64,000 nucleotides of DNA from Vicinamibacterales bacterium (GCA_965215105.1 OZ244051.1:4866896-4930895); one strand, 5' to 3'; counted from the stretch's first letter, positions 45,902 through 55,117 are shown. The notes: a model not told the origin generated them from the letters alone. Program-made: numbers and translations.

Positions 45902-47081
45902 ATGGACTGGCAGCGGTTCAGCTTCGAGTACCGGCTCGACCTTGACGCCCTGACTTCCGGCCTGATTCGGATCGAAGCGTCGAGGGAAGCGGCCGCCAAT
46001 CTGGTGCTGCCGCCGGACTGGAAGACGCAACTCGACCGGTTGAACCGGGTGCGCGCCGTTCATGGAACGACCGCCCTGGAGGGCAATCCGCTGTCCGAGG
46101 CGGAGGTCGGCCGGCAGATGGACGTGCTGGCGTCGGCGTCGGCGTCTGCTGAGACGCCGTCCAGGGACCAGCAGCAGGTGCGGAACGCCGGCCGGGCGCA
46201 GGACTGGGTCCGCCGGCGATTCACGCCGACGGCCGCCCCGTTGCGGCGTTCCGACATCCTGCGGATGCACGAGCTGATCACGGAGGGGTCGGACGAGACG
46301 GACAACCTGCCGGCCCGCCTGCGGACGCATTCGGTCGTCGTGGGGACGGAAGCGCGGGGCGGCGTGCATCGCGGCGCGCCGCCGCAGGACGTGTCCGGGC
46401 TCGTGGATCGGTTCGTGGAGTTCGTGAACTCCCGACCGTTCATGGCGCAACACCCCGTCGTGCGCGCACTGCTGGCGCACTTCTTCCTCGTCACGATCCA
46501 TCCGTTCGGGGACGGCAACGGCCGTGTATCGCCTGGTGGAGGCCGGCATCCTGTTCCAGGGCGAGTACAGCGTCTTCGGATTCTACGGCCTGTCGAACTA
46601 CTTCTACCGCCACGGGGACCGGTACAAGCGGCTGCTTCAGCAGAGCCGGCGCACACAGCCGTTCGACCTGAACGCGTTCGTGGCGTTCGGCGTGGAGGGA
46701 TTCGCGGCCGAACTGAAGGGCATCGACAACTTCATCAAGACGAAGCTGAACCGCGTCGTCTACCGGACCACCCTGGTGCGGGCGTTCAACCAGCGGGCCG
46801 GCAAGCGCCGCCGCGTCATCAACCAGCGCGAGTACAACCTCCTGGACTTCCTCCTCCGCGAGACGGAGCCGATCGATCCTTTCGCCGAAGAGCCATCGCT
46901 GAAAATCGAGTACTCGGAACTCCGTCAGGTGCCGTACGTCAAGGGGGTGTATCGGAACGTGACGGCTCGCACGTTCCATCGCGAGCTGACCAGGCTGGCC
47001 GAAATGGGGTTCATCAAGTTCTCCGTTCAGGAACAGGAACCGACGATCGAGATCGACTTCGGGGCCATTGGCAGGTACTGA
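45902..47081 (+). pseudogene. Fic-family protein gene, copy 1, frameshifted
   Basis: Closely similar throughout to the intact copy at 51931..53109, but 2 nt shorter right after the Fic motif (HPFGDGNGRVS|PGGG.. versus ..GNGRVSRLVEAG). The ORF track splits it into 45851..47209 and 46524..47081. Confidence 0.8.
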
Positions 47082-47127
47082 CCGGGGCCGGTCCAACCCG
47101 CCGCGGATATCCTCGGGACCGTCACCG

Positions 47128-47307
47128 CTCACGGTCGAGAGCGTCGTCGTACAGGCTGCCAAACAAGGCACCTCAGAAAAATGCACATGAAAACTCAAGT
47201 GTTTTATAATGAGTGCTTTACACTGTCAAAAACGGTATCAAAAAACGTGTCACGAAAGGCATCGGGAACCGACGATCGAGATCGATTTCGGGGCGACCGG
47301 CAGGTAC
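47128..47307 (+). pseudogene. internally deleted third Fic copy (5' leader fused to the last about 45 bp)
   Basis: ctcacggtcgaga...gtgctttaca..gtcacg leader homology, then gaaccgacgatcgagatcgatttcggggcgaccggcaggtac, which matches the Fic 3' end. Confidence 0.7.
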
Positions 47308-47324
47308 CGGTCCGAACCGTGCGG

Positions 47325-50300
47325 TCAGGGCTGAGACGCGCGTGACGACGGGTCCCCTCCCTCGCCTGGACGTCGGCCGGCGAGCCATGCCGAGGGGATG
47401 CGCGCCCACTGCGCGGCCGTGAACACGGGGATGGGCCTGCCGTCGACCATCGGCCGCGATTCCTGCGCATCGGACGGCACGAGCAGCCAGACGCCGGGCG
47501 GTCCGTCCGGCCCGCCCGCGGCGTCGCGCAGTCCGTCGAGGAACGTCATCTGGTCGTAGCGGGCGAGCAGGCCGAGGTTCGTCAGCAGCACCGCGCGCGG
47601 GGCGGCGGCGAGCTCGGCGCGTACGCGGGGCAGCGCCCGGTGGCCGACGAGGCGGAGGAGGGTGGCCCAGTCGGCGCTGCCGCGCGGGTCGCGGTCGGCG
47701 CGCAGCACGGTGCGCCAGTCGGCGCCGGCTTCGCGGGCGGCGGCCTGCATGTGGCGGATCAGCAACTCATCGGCGCTACGGGCGTCCACGGCGAACGCCG
47801 AGGCCAGGACGCGTTCGGCGTCCGCCAGCCGGCGGGGCGACACGGTGAGGGCGAGGAACGCCCGGCTCTTCAGGGCGCGCCGCAACCGTTCGTCGAAGGC
47901 GTCGGTGTCGTCCCATTCCCCGGCTCCCCCCTCGGCGACGCGGGCCGCACCACCGCTGACGTGCGTATAGCTCGTGGACGAGCCGATCGTGAGGAAGCTG
48001 CGTAGCCGGGAGCGGTAGGCGCGCCGCCCGTCTGGCGGACCCGACCTCCACTGCAGCTCGCTGCCCGCGTCCCGGAGCAGCGCGTCGAGCTCGGGCCGGT
48101 CGGGCAGGGGCGCCGCCTCGGGATAGCGCCCGGCCACGCGCCGCCGGATCTCGTCGGGGTCGAGGGTGTGGGCGCCCGCGAGGGCCCCCAGCGCCAGCCG
48201 GAGCGCCCGGTCGGCCGCCATCCCGCGTGGATAGAGCTCGAGGCGGCTGGAAAGGGCGGCGTTCCGCGAGACGGCGGCGGCGAGCGCGAGCAGGCGGTTC
48301 GGCGCCGGCGGCGCGACCCCGGCCGGCGCGGTCACCGCCTGCAGGGCGTCGATGGCCCGCGCCGGCGAGAGCAGCGGGTCGGCGGCCGACAGCTCGTCGG
48401 CGGTGCGGCCGAGGCGTTGGGCGAAGTCGGCGAGCTTCTGGCCGTCGATGCGCGGCTCGCCGCGGTCGTCGACGGCGTCGCGCGCCAGGAGGACGCCGGC
48501 GGGGTCGTCGAGGCGGCGCACGATCCAGCGCGGCGCCGCGAGGTGACGCTCGACTTCGACCGCGGCCCGCACGCACGCGCCGGCGTGGCGCGAGCGGAGC
48601 GGCTCTTCCTGCACCGACCCGCGGCGCGCGAGGATCGCGGCGGCGAGCTCGGGGCGGGTCATCACGTTCCCGTGCGCCTCGAGCATCTCGACGATGTCGT
48701 GCCGCAGCCGGGTCAGCGCCCCGAGCTTCGTCCAGCGCCGCCGCGACCGCGCCGCCGTCTGGCTGACCGCCACCGGCGTGACCCCGAGCGCCCGCGCGAC
48801 GTCGCTCTGGCTCGGCCACGGCGCGTCGGGCGCGTCGCCGCTCAGCCCCAGCAGGGCCGCCGCCAGCTCGGCGTCGCGCCGCGACTGCGCGGTTCGGCCG
48901 GCGGGCAGCAGCAGCCGCCGCAGCTCGTCCACGCTCGCCTGACCCGCGTCGACGGGGACGTCCGCGTCGTCGCCGGCCGACGGGACCTTCGGCGCCCCGG
49001 CCGCGTCGGGGAACCGCTCGGCCAGTCGCCGGGCCAGGTCGGTGAGCTCGCGCCGGGTCCGGATGCCGACGCCGCGCATGCGGTTCACCTGGATGAGCGG
49101 GAACCGCAGCAGGTCGTGAACCGTGCGGACGCCCATCCGCTCGACGGCGTCCATGGCGCGGGCGCTGAGCCCCATGGCCGCGAGCAGGGTGTCGAGACGC
49201 GCCTGCTCGATGCCGCCGAACGGGGGCGTCGCGCCCGCGGGGTCGGTGTCGGTCTCGGGCCGCGCCGCCGCCAGGAAGAGCTGGCGCCAGGCGCGGAGCA
49301 TCTCTTCGGCGTTGTCGAAGCGGGCGCGGTAGTCGCGGCGCAGCGCCTTCCGGAAGAACGCGGTCAGGTCGTCTCGGACCGCCGGCTCGAACGCGTCGGC
49401 GTCGATCGTGGCTTCGCAGTCGAGGACGGCCGGCTCGCTCTGCCCGTCGCCCCAGCGCGGCAGCGACCCCGCCGCCAGTTGGTGCAGCGTGACGGCCGCC
49501 GCGAACCGCTCGGCGTGGGTGTCCCAGCGGGGCGGCCTGCGCGTCTGCAGGAACGGGTCGAGGTAGTGGCGCGTGCCGGCCAGGACGTTCTCGGCCGGCG
49601 TGCGCGCCAGCGAGAAGTCGAAGAGCACAAGGTGGAGCTGGTTGCCGATCTTGGCCGTGCCGAGGTTGTCGGGCTTGATGTCGCGGTGCGGAATGCCCTT
49701 CTGCTCCAGCCAATCGATGGTGGCCAGCAGGTCTTCGCCGAACCGCTCAAGCAGCTCCAGGTGCAGGCGGCCCTCGTCGCGCAGGCGGTCGGCGAGCGTC
49801 GCCTCGCCCGCGCGGGCCATCAACAGCCCCACCCGCTCGCGCCCCGCGCCGTCGTGGAACGCCAGCACGTCGTGCAGCTCGACGATGTACTGGTGGCGCA
49901 GGCGGCGCAGCGCGTCCGCCTCGGCGCGCAGGCGGTCGTTGTGGTCGGGAGACAGCGCCACCTTCAGCACGTGCTCGCGTCCGTCGCGTTCGACGAGCAG
50001 CGCGAGCGCCGTGCCCCCCTTGCCGAGCCGCCGCTTCATGACGAGACCGTGGCCGAGCTCGTCGCCGGGTCGGGCCTCGATCGGGTCGGGCCGTGGACGC
50101 TCGTCGGGCCGGGTCAGCTCTTCTTCGACGTCTTCGAGCTCCTTCAGGAACTCGCCGACCGACCCGAGCCGGGTCGTCACGGCGGGATGGGTGGCGTACT
50201 GCACGAGAAGCTGGAGGCTCTCGCAGACGCCGTCGAGGTCGGACGAGATGCGCAGACCCTGTTCCCGCTCCAGCCGCTCGGTCATCGCGGCGAGACCCGA

Positions 50301-51599
50301 CGCCGGCGGTCGGCCCGAGAAGAGGTGGTACGCGATGGCCCCGAGCGAGAACACGTCGATCTGCTCGCCCGCCGCGCCGCGCTCGGTCACCGCCTCGGGG
50401 GCCATGTAGACCCAGGTGTCGTCTTCGACGAACGCGTCGAGCCGGCTCGCCCCCACCGTGGCCGATCCCGGCGTCCCGGTCTCGGCCGCGTGGCGCGCCC
50501 CCGTCTGCCAGTTGAACACCTGCACCCGCGGCTGCGCCGCCTCGGGGTCGACGACCAGGATGCTCTGGGGCGACAAGGCCCGGTGGACCAGGCGCTTCGC
50601 ATGCGCGAAGTGCACGGCTTCCGAAATCTGGCGGAGAAGCCGGAGTCGGGTGTCGACGTCGAGGCGGGCGCCGCGTTCGGCCAGCCAGTGGTCGAAGCGC
50701 CGGGAGCCGTCGCGGTGCTCGAAGATGAGCGCCGGCCCGCGGACGTGCTCGGTGTACGCCTTGGCCGCGAGGATGCCCTCGTGCCGCACGTCGCGCAGGA
50801 TCCGGTACTCGCGCCGGGCCGCCCGCTGCAGCGCCACCCGCTCGTCGTCCGAGGCGGCCGGGGGGACCGCGTAGATCCGGACCCGCGCGCGCTCGCCCTC
50901 GATCGCCGCGTGACGCGCCGTCCAGTCCTGGTAGCTCGGCCCTTCGAAGAGGAGCGCGTCGAGCCGGTAGTCGCCCACCCGGTGCATGCGCTGCGACGGG
51001 CGGATGCCCGCCTCGTGCATGGCGCGGCTGACCGCCTTGGCCATCGGCCGGTCGATGCGCGTGCGGGGCGGCGTACCCGCGCTGTGCCGGGTGAGCGCGG
51101 CGACGATGCCGGGTCGCTCGTCCCGCCCCGTCCCGGCGTCGCGGCGATGCACGTGGCCGCGCAGGTCGTCGGTGAGCCGGCAGTCGACGTCCTCGTGCGA
51201 CAGGAAGACGTGGGCTTCCAGGAACGGGCTCGCCGCCTTCTTCCGCAGCGCCGGCTGGCGGCGGAGGAGGGCGATCAGCTTCCTGGCCTTGCGGTTCGCG
51301 AGCAGCAGCGGGTTGTCGACCGTCTCCGGGCGCCCGTCGCCGCGCCACGTCCACGTGCCCGGGTCGCCCTCCACGACGCCGGGCCGGCTCTTGATCTCGA
51401 CGAGGTAGAAGCCCTTCGGCGACAGCACGAGCAGGTCGACCTCGTTGATCGACCCCTCGTCGCCGATGAACTCGAAGTTCGCCCACGCCCGGTACGGCTC
51501 GTGGTCGGGCAGCCGGTCGCGCACGAACGCCAGCGCGTCCCGCTCCCAGGGGAACGCCGAGTCGGTGACCGCCTGCCAGCGGGGCGAGGTTGCTTCCAT
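47325..51599 (-). CDS. pglW: BREX type 2 protein kinase PglW (NERD domain + pseudokinase + Ser/Thr kinase + large C-terminal region)
   Basis: 1424 aa. NERD-like EVDLLVLSPKGFYLVEIK. First kinase-like domain LVHRALSPQSILV (no catalytic Asp). Second domain IPHRDIKPDNL, LFDFSLA. Confidence 0.88.
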   Translation of the reverse strand: MEATSPRWQAVTDSAFPWERDALAFVRDRLPDHEPYRAWANFEFIGDEGSINEVDLLVLSPKGFYLVEIKSRPGVVEGDPGTWTWRGDGRPETVDNPLLLANRKARKLIALLRRQPALRKKAASPFLEAHVFLSHEDVDCRLTDDLRGHVHRRDAGTGRDERPGIVAALTRHSAGTPPRTRIDRPMAKAVSRAMHEAGIRPSQRMHRVGDYRLDALLFEGPSYQDWTARHAAIEGERARVRIYAVPPAASDDERVALQRAARREYRILRDVRHEGILAAKAYTEHVRGPALIFEHRDGSRRFDHWLAERGARLDVDTRLRLLRQISEAVHFAHAKRLVHRALSPQSILVVDPEAAQPRVQVFNWQTGARHAAETGTPGSATVGASRLDAFVEDDTWVYMAPEAVTERGAAGEQIDVFSLGAIAYHLFSGRPPASGLAAMTERLEREQGLRISSDLDGVCESLQLLVQYATHPAVTTRLGSVGEFLKELEDVEEELTRPDERPRPDPIEARPGDELGHGLVMKRRLGKGGTALALLVERDGREHVLKVALSPDHNDRLRAEADALRRLRHQYIVELHDVLAFHDGAGRERVGLLMARAGEATLADRLRDEGRLHLELLERFGEDLLATIDWLEQKGIPHRDIKPDNLGTAKIGNQLHLVLFDFSLARTPAENVLAGTRHYLDPFLQTRRPPRWDTHAERFAAAVTLHQLAAGSLPRWGDGQSEPAVLDCEATIDADAFEPAVRDDLTAFFRKALRRDYRARFDNAEEMLRAWRQLFLAAARPETDTDPAGATPPFGGIEQARLDTLLAAMGLSARAMDAVERMGVRTVHDLLRFPLIQVNRMRGVGIRTRRELTDLARRLAERFPDAAGAPKVPSAGDDADVPVDAGQASVDELRRLLLPAGRTAQSRRDAELAAALLGLSGDAPDAPWPSQSDVARALGVTPVAVSQTAARSRRRWTKLGALTRLRHDIVEMLEAHGNVMTRPELAAAILARRGSVQEEPLRSRHAGACVRAAVEVERHLAAPRWIVRRLDDPAGVLLARDAVDDRGEPRIDGQKLADFAQRLGRTADELSAADPLLSPARAIDALQAVTAPAGVAPPAPNRLLALAAAVSRNAALSSRLELYPRGMAADRALRLALGALAGAHTLDPDEIRRRVAGRYPEAAPLPDRPELDALLRDAGSELQWRSGPPDGRRAYRSRLRSFLTIGSSTSYTHVSGGAARVAEGGAGEWDDTDAFDERLRRALKSRAFLALTVSPRRLADAERVLASAFAVDARSADELLIRHMQAAAREAGADWRTVLRADRDPRGSADWATLLRLVGHRALPRVRAELAAAPRAVLLTNLGLLARYDQMTFLDGLRDAAGGPDGPPGVWLLVPSDAQESRPMVDGRPIPVFTAAQWARIPSAWLAGRRPGEGGDPSSRASQP

Positions 51600-51930
51600 G
51601 GCGTGACGTGGTGGCTGCCCGGGTTGTGGTTTGCTGGCAGCCCCGCCCGCGGAATTCTAGGCGATGTTGCGCGGTTGGCCGCCACGAACGCCTCCACCCG
51701 GCCGAGGAGCGCGTTCTCTGACAGCCCGGGCCTTGGCCAATTCGCGATCTCTCACGTGCTCCGAACGCGTAGTCGACGGCGATTTTGGGGGACCGCTCAC
51801 GGTCGAGATTGCGGTCGTACAAGGTGTCAGAAAATGCGTCAAAGAAATACCGTCGTGGGAGCCAAGCATTTTATGTACAATGCTTTACGTCGTCATAAAC
51901 GGCGTCAGAAAACGTGTCACGGTAGACGTC

Positions 51931-53109
51931 ATGGACTGGCGGCGGTTCAGCTTCGAGTACCGGCTCAACCTTGATGCCCTGACTTCCGGCCTGATCCGGA
52001 TCGAGGCGTCGAGGGAAGCGGCCGTCAACCTGGTGCTGCCGCCGGACTGGAAGACGCAACTCGACCGGTTGAACCGGGTGCGCGCGGTTCATGGAACGAC
52101 GGCCCTGGAGGGCAACCCGCTGTCCGAGGCGGAGGTCAGCCGGCAGATGGACCTGCTGGCGTCGTCGTCGGCTCCTGGGGCTCCGTCGAGGGACCAGATG
52201 CAGGTGCGGAACGCCGGCCGGGCGCAGGACTGGGTCCGCCAGCGGTTCACGCCGACGGCGGCCCCTTTGCGGCGTTCGGACATCCTGCGGATGCACGAAC
52301 TGGTCACGGAGGGGTCGGACGAGACGGACAACCTGCCGGGCCGCCTGCGGACGCATTCGGTGGTCGTGGGGACGGAGACGCTGGGCGGCGTGCATCGCGG
52401 AGCCCCGCCGCAGGACGTGTCCGGGCTCGTCGATCGGTTCGTGGAGTTCGTGAATTCCCGATCGTTCATGGTGCAACACCCGGTCGTGCGTGCACTGCTG
52501 GCGCACTTCTTCCTCGTTACGATCCATCCGTTCGGCGACGGCAACGGCCGGGTGTCCCGCTTGGTGGAGGCCGGCATTCTCTTTCAGGGCGAGTACAACG
52601 TCTTCGGATTCTACGGCCTGTCGAACTACTTCTACCGCCATGGGGACCAGTACAAGCGGCTGCTTCAGCAGAGCCGCCGCACGCAGCCGTTCGACCTGAA
52701 CGCGTTCGTGGCGTTCGGCGTGGAGGGGTTCGCGGCCGAGCTGAAGGGCATCAACAACTTCATCAAGACGAAGCTGAACCGCGTCGTATACCGGACCACC
52801 CTGGTGAAAGCGTTCAACCTGCGGGCGGGCAGGCGCCGCCGGGTCATCAACCAGCGCGAGTACAACCTCCTCGACTTCCTCCTCCGGGAAACGGAACCGG
52901 TCGATCCCTTTGCCGAAGAACCGTCGCTGAAAATCGAGTACTCGGAACTTCGCCAGGTGCCGTACGTCAGGGGGGTGTACCGGAACGTCACGGATCGCAC
53001 GTTCCATCGCGAACTGACCAGGCTGGCCGAAATGGGGTTCATCAAGTTCTCGGTTCAGGAACAGGAACCGACGATCGAGATCGACTTCGGGGCGATCGGC
53101 AGGTACTGA
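51931..53109 (+). CDS. Fic-family (AMPylation/adenylyltransferase-type) protein, intact copy
   Basis: 392 aa from MDWRRF. Fic motif HPFGDGNGRVSR and a winged-helix-like C-terminus. An in-frame upstream ATG at 51880 is also possible. Confidence 0.82.
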   Translation: MDWRRFSFEYRLNLDALTSGLIRIEASREAAVNLVLPPDWKTQLDRLNRVRAVHGTTALEGNPLSEAEVSRQMDLLASSSAPGAPSRDQMQVRNAGRAQDWVRQRFTPTAAPLRRSDILRMHELVTEGSDETDNLPGRLRTHSVVVGTETLGGVHRGAPPQDVSGLVDRFVEFVNSRSFMVQHPVVRALLAHFFLVTIHPFGDGNGRVSRLVEAGILFQGEYNVFGFYGLSNYFYRHGDQYKRLLQQSRRTQPFDLNAFVAFGVEGFAAELKGINNFIKTKLNRVVYRTTLVKAFNLRAGRRRRVINQREYNLLDFLLRETEPVDPFAEEPSLKIEYSELRQVPYVRGVYRNVTDRTFHRELTRLAEMGFIKFSVQEQEPTIEIDFGAIGRY

Positions 53110-53133
53110 CCGGCTGCGGTCCGAACCACGTGT

Positions 53134-53322
53134 TCAGATCCGAGACCAGTGCGCCGGCGGGTCCGGTCCGGGGTCGGTTCCCCTGGCCGGCCGTCGGCCG
53201 GCGAGCCACGCCGAAGGGATGCGCGCCCACTGAGCCGCCGTGAACACGGGGACGGGCTTGCCGTCGATCATCGGGCGGGACTCCTGCGCATCGGACGGCA
53301 CGAGCAGCCAAACGCCGGGGTG
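53134..53322 (-). pseudogene. duplicated 3'-terminal fragment of pglW
   Basis: ..PGVWLLVPSDAQESRPMIDGKPVPVFTAAQWARIPSAWLAGRRP.. versus the PglW C-terminus ..PGVWLLVPSDAQESRPMVDGRPIPVFTAAQWARIPSAWLAGRRP.. Homology stops near 53320. Confidence 0.8.
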
Positions 53323-53372
53323 ATCGCAGATCGGTCCGAAGATGTTGGCCCGCATCGCACGGCGGGCGGGGC

Positions 53373-53849
53373 TCACCCCTGATGATCCATAGGCTGTCGC
53401 CTGTCTGAGGCCGGCGCGTGTACGTCGCCCGGCGCCTCCTTCGCAATCATCACCTCGGTCGCCTTGATCAGCGCCGTCGCCTCGTCGCCGCGCTTGAGGT
53501 CCAGCTCGTCGAGTGCGTCGCGCGTGATGACCGCGGTCAGCCGCTGGTCGCCGATGCAGAGGCGCACCTGGGCGACGAGGCCCTCCCGTCGCACCTCGTC
53601 GACGATGCCCTGCAGGCGGTTGCGGCCGCTGATGCGGACGAGGACGCCGCCGCCCGTGGCGCCGCGCCTGGCGCGGGCGGGCGGCCCGTCGGTGCGCGCG
53701 AGGAGGCGCTCGACCTCGGTCTCGGCGATACGGTGGTGTCCGCCGGCGGTGCGGTTGGTGCGGACCGTGCCGCGGTAGATCCAGTGCTTGAGGGTGGAGT
53801 AGCCGATGCCGAGACGCTCCGCCGCCTGCCGCACCGTCAGCGTGGCCAT
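53373..53849 (-). CDS. molybdate-responsive regulator: excisionase/MerR-type HTH fused to a TOBE (Mop) domain
   Basis: Start at MATLTVRQAAERLGIGYSTLKHWIYRG. C-terminal ISGRNRLQGIVDEV....AVITRDALDELDLKRGDEATALIKATEVMI. Divergent from modA. Confidence 0.75.
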   Translation of the reverse strand: MATLTVRQAAERLGIGYSTLKHWIYRGTVRTNRTAGGHHRIAETEVERLLARTDGPPARARRGATGGGVLVRISGRNRLQGIVDEVRREGLVAQVRLCIGDQRLTAVITRDALDELDLKRGDEATALIKATEVMIAKEAPGDVHAPASDRRQPMDHQG

Positions 53850-54142
53850 CGCGCTGTTGCTCCCGCCTGTCCTCATCCCCGCAACGTCAGCGTCAGCCGG
53901 TCTAAATCACTCCGAATCGTGTAGCGAATCGGATTGAATCATACTATATTGTGCAGATGATTGGCTGGCGGATGACTCGATGTGCAGCCGGTGACGCACA
54001 TCTTGCGCGTCGGGTGGATCGGGGTGCCGCTGCGGGCGGGAGCGGCAGCGGGTTGTCACCGGAGCTGCCGACTCGGCGGACGGTGGACGAACGGCGAGCC
54101 GCCGCGAGGCGGGCGGGCTGGAGGACTCCGCCGCCGCGTTCG

Positions 54143-55117
54143 TTGCGGCATGGGCGGGAAGAACGGGAAGCCGTGGCCGGGGCCGGCCGGGGGCGTCCTG
54201 CGGTCGTGGGGGCGGCGATCCTGGGGTTCGTGGCCGTGGCGGTTCTGTCGTCCTGCGCGGGTCCGGGCGCATCGCCGGCCGACCGGGTGCGCGTGTCGGC
54301 GGCGGTCAGCCTGACGGAGCCGCTGCAGCGGGTGGCCCGGGACTTCGAACGGAATGCCGGCGCCGCGGTCGAGCTGAACCTGGCCGGCTCCAGCACCCTG
54401 GCCGCGCAGATTCTGGCCGGGGCGCCCGTCGACGTGTTCGTCAGCGCCGACGAGCGGCAGCTCGACCGGGTGGCGGCGGAATCGCTGATCGACGCGGAGA
54501 CGCGGGTGGTGCTGCTGTCGAACCGGCTGGCGGTGGTGGTGCCCGCGGGTGCCGGGGCGGCGGCCGCCGCCGGGGCCGCGGTGGCGCGCGACCGAGCGGA
54601 CGTGCCGGCGCCGGGGTTCCAGCGCATCGCTGTCGGCGACCCTGGGGACGTGCCCGCGCCGACGTTCCAGGGCATCGCCATCGGCGACCTTGCGGATCTG
54701 CTCGCGCCGGCGTTCCGGCGCATCGCCATCGGCGACCCGGCCGGCGTGCCCGTCGGGGTCTACGCACGCAGTTACCTGGTGTCGCTCGGCCTGTGGGACG
54801 CGCTGGCCCCCCGCATCGTGCCGACCCGCAGCGTGCGGGCGGCGCTGGCCGTGGTCGAGGCGGGCGACGCCGACGCCGGCATCGTCTACCGCACCGACGC
54901 GCGGTCGTCCGACGAGGTCGCCGTCGCGTTCGAGGTGCCGGAGGACGAGGGGCCGGCCATCGCCTATCCCGCCGCGATTCTCGCCGACGCCCCGAACCGG
55001 GCGGGGGCGGCGCGGTTTCTCGCCCATCTCCAGAGCCGGGCCGGCCGCGACGCGTTCAGGCAGGCCGGCTTCATCGTGCCCGACCGCCTGCCGGTCTCCC
55101 GGGCCGCCGCGCCATGA
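54143..55117 (+). CDS. modA: molybdate ABC transporter substrate-binding lipoprotein ModA (start uncertain: TTG 54143 or GTG 54206)
   Basis: Lipobox AVAVLSSCAG, VSAAVSLTEPL, LAGSSTLAAQI, VFVSADE, RIAIGDPAGVPVGVYA, VEAGDADAGIVYRTDA. Confidence 0.85.
   Translation: MRHGREEREAVAGAGRGRPAVVGAAILGFVAVAVLSSCAGPGASPADRVRVSAAVSLTEPLQRVARDFERNAGAAVELNLAGSSTLAAQILAGAPVDVFVSADERQLDRVAAESLIDAETRVVLLSNRLAVVVPAGAGAAAAAGAAVARDRADVPAPGFQRIAVGDPGDVPAPTFQGIAIGDLADLLAPAFRRIAIGDPAGVPVGVYARSYLVSLGLWDALAPRIVPTRSVRAALAVVEAGDADAGIVYRTDARSSDEVAVAFEVPEDEGPAIAYPAAILADAPNRAGAARFLAHLQSRAGRDAFRQAGFIVPDRLPVSRAAAP
54599..54742 (+). repeat. in-frame 48-bp x3 tandem repeat inside modA
   Basis: DVPAPGFQRIAVGDPG / DVPAPTFQGIAIGDLA / DLLAPAFRRIAIGDPA, then the canonical GVPVGVYA. 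Units at 54599, 54647 and 54695. Confidence 0.9.

Noticed and set aside
53850-54205. Moco riboswitch or ModE-type operator in the long regulator-modA intergenic region (AT-rich ATACTATATTGT at 53941-53952; GC-rich stems around 54060-54130).
   Set aside because: I could not match the conserved Moco-motif cores on the modA strand. The TATAT box has no recognisable second half-site. This needs an Rfam/infernal scan before any claim.
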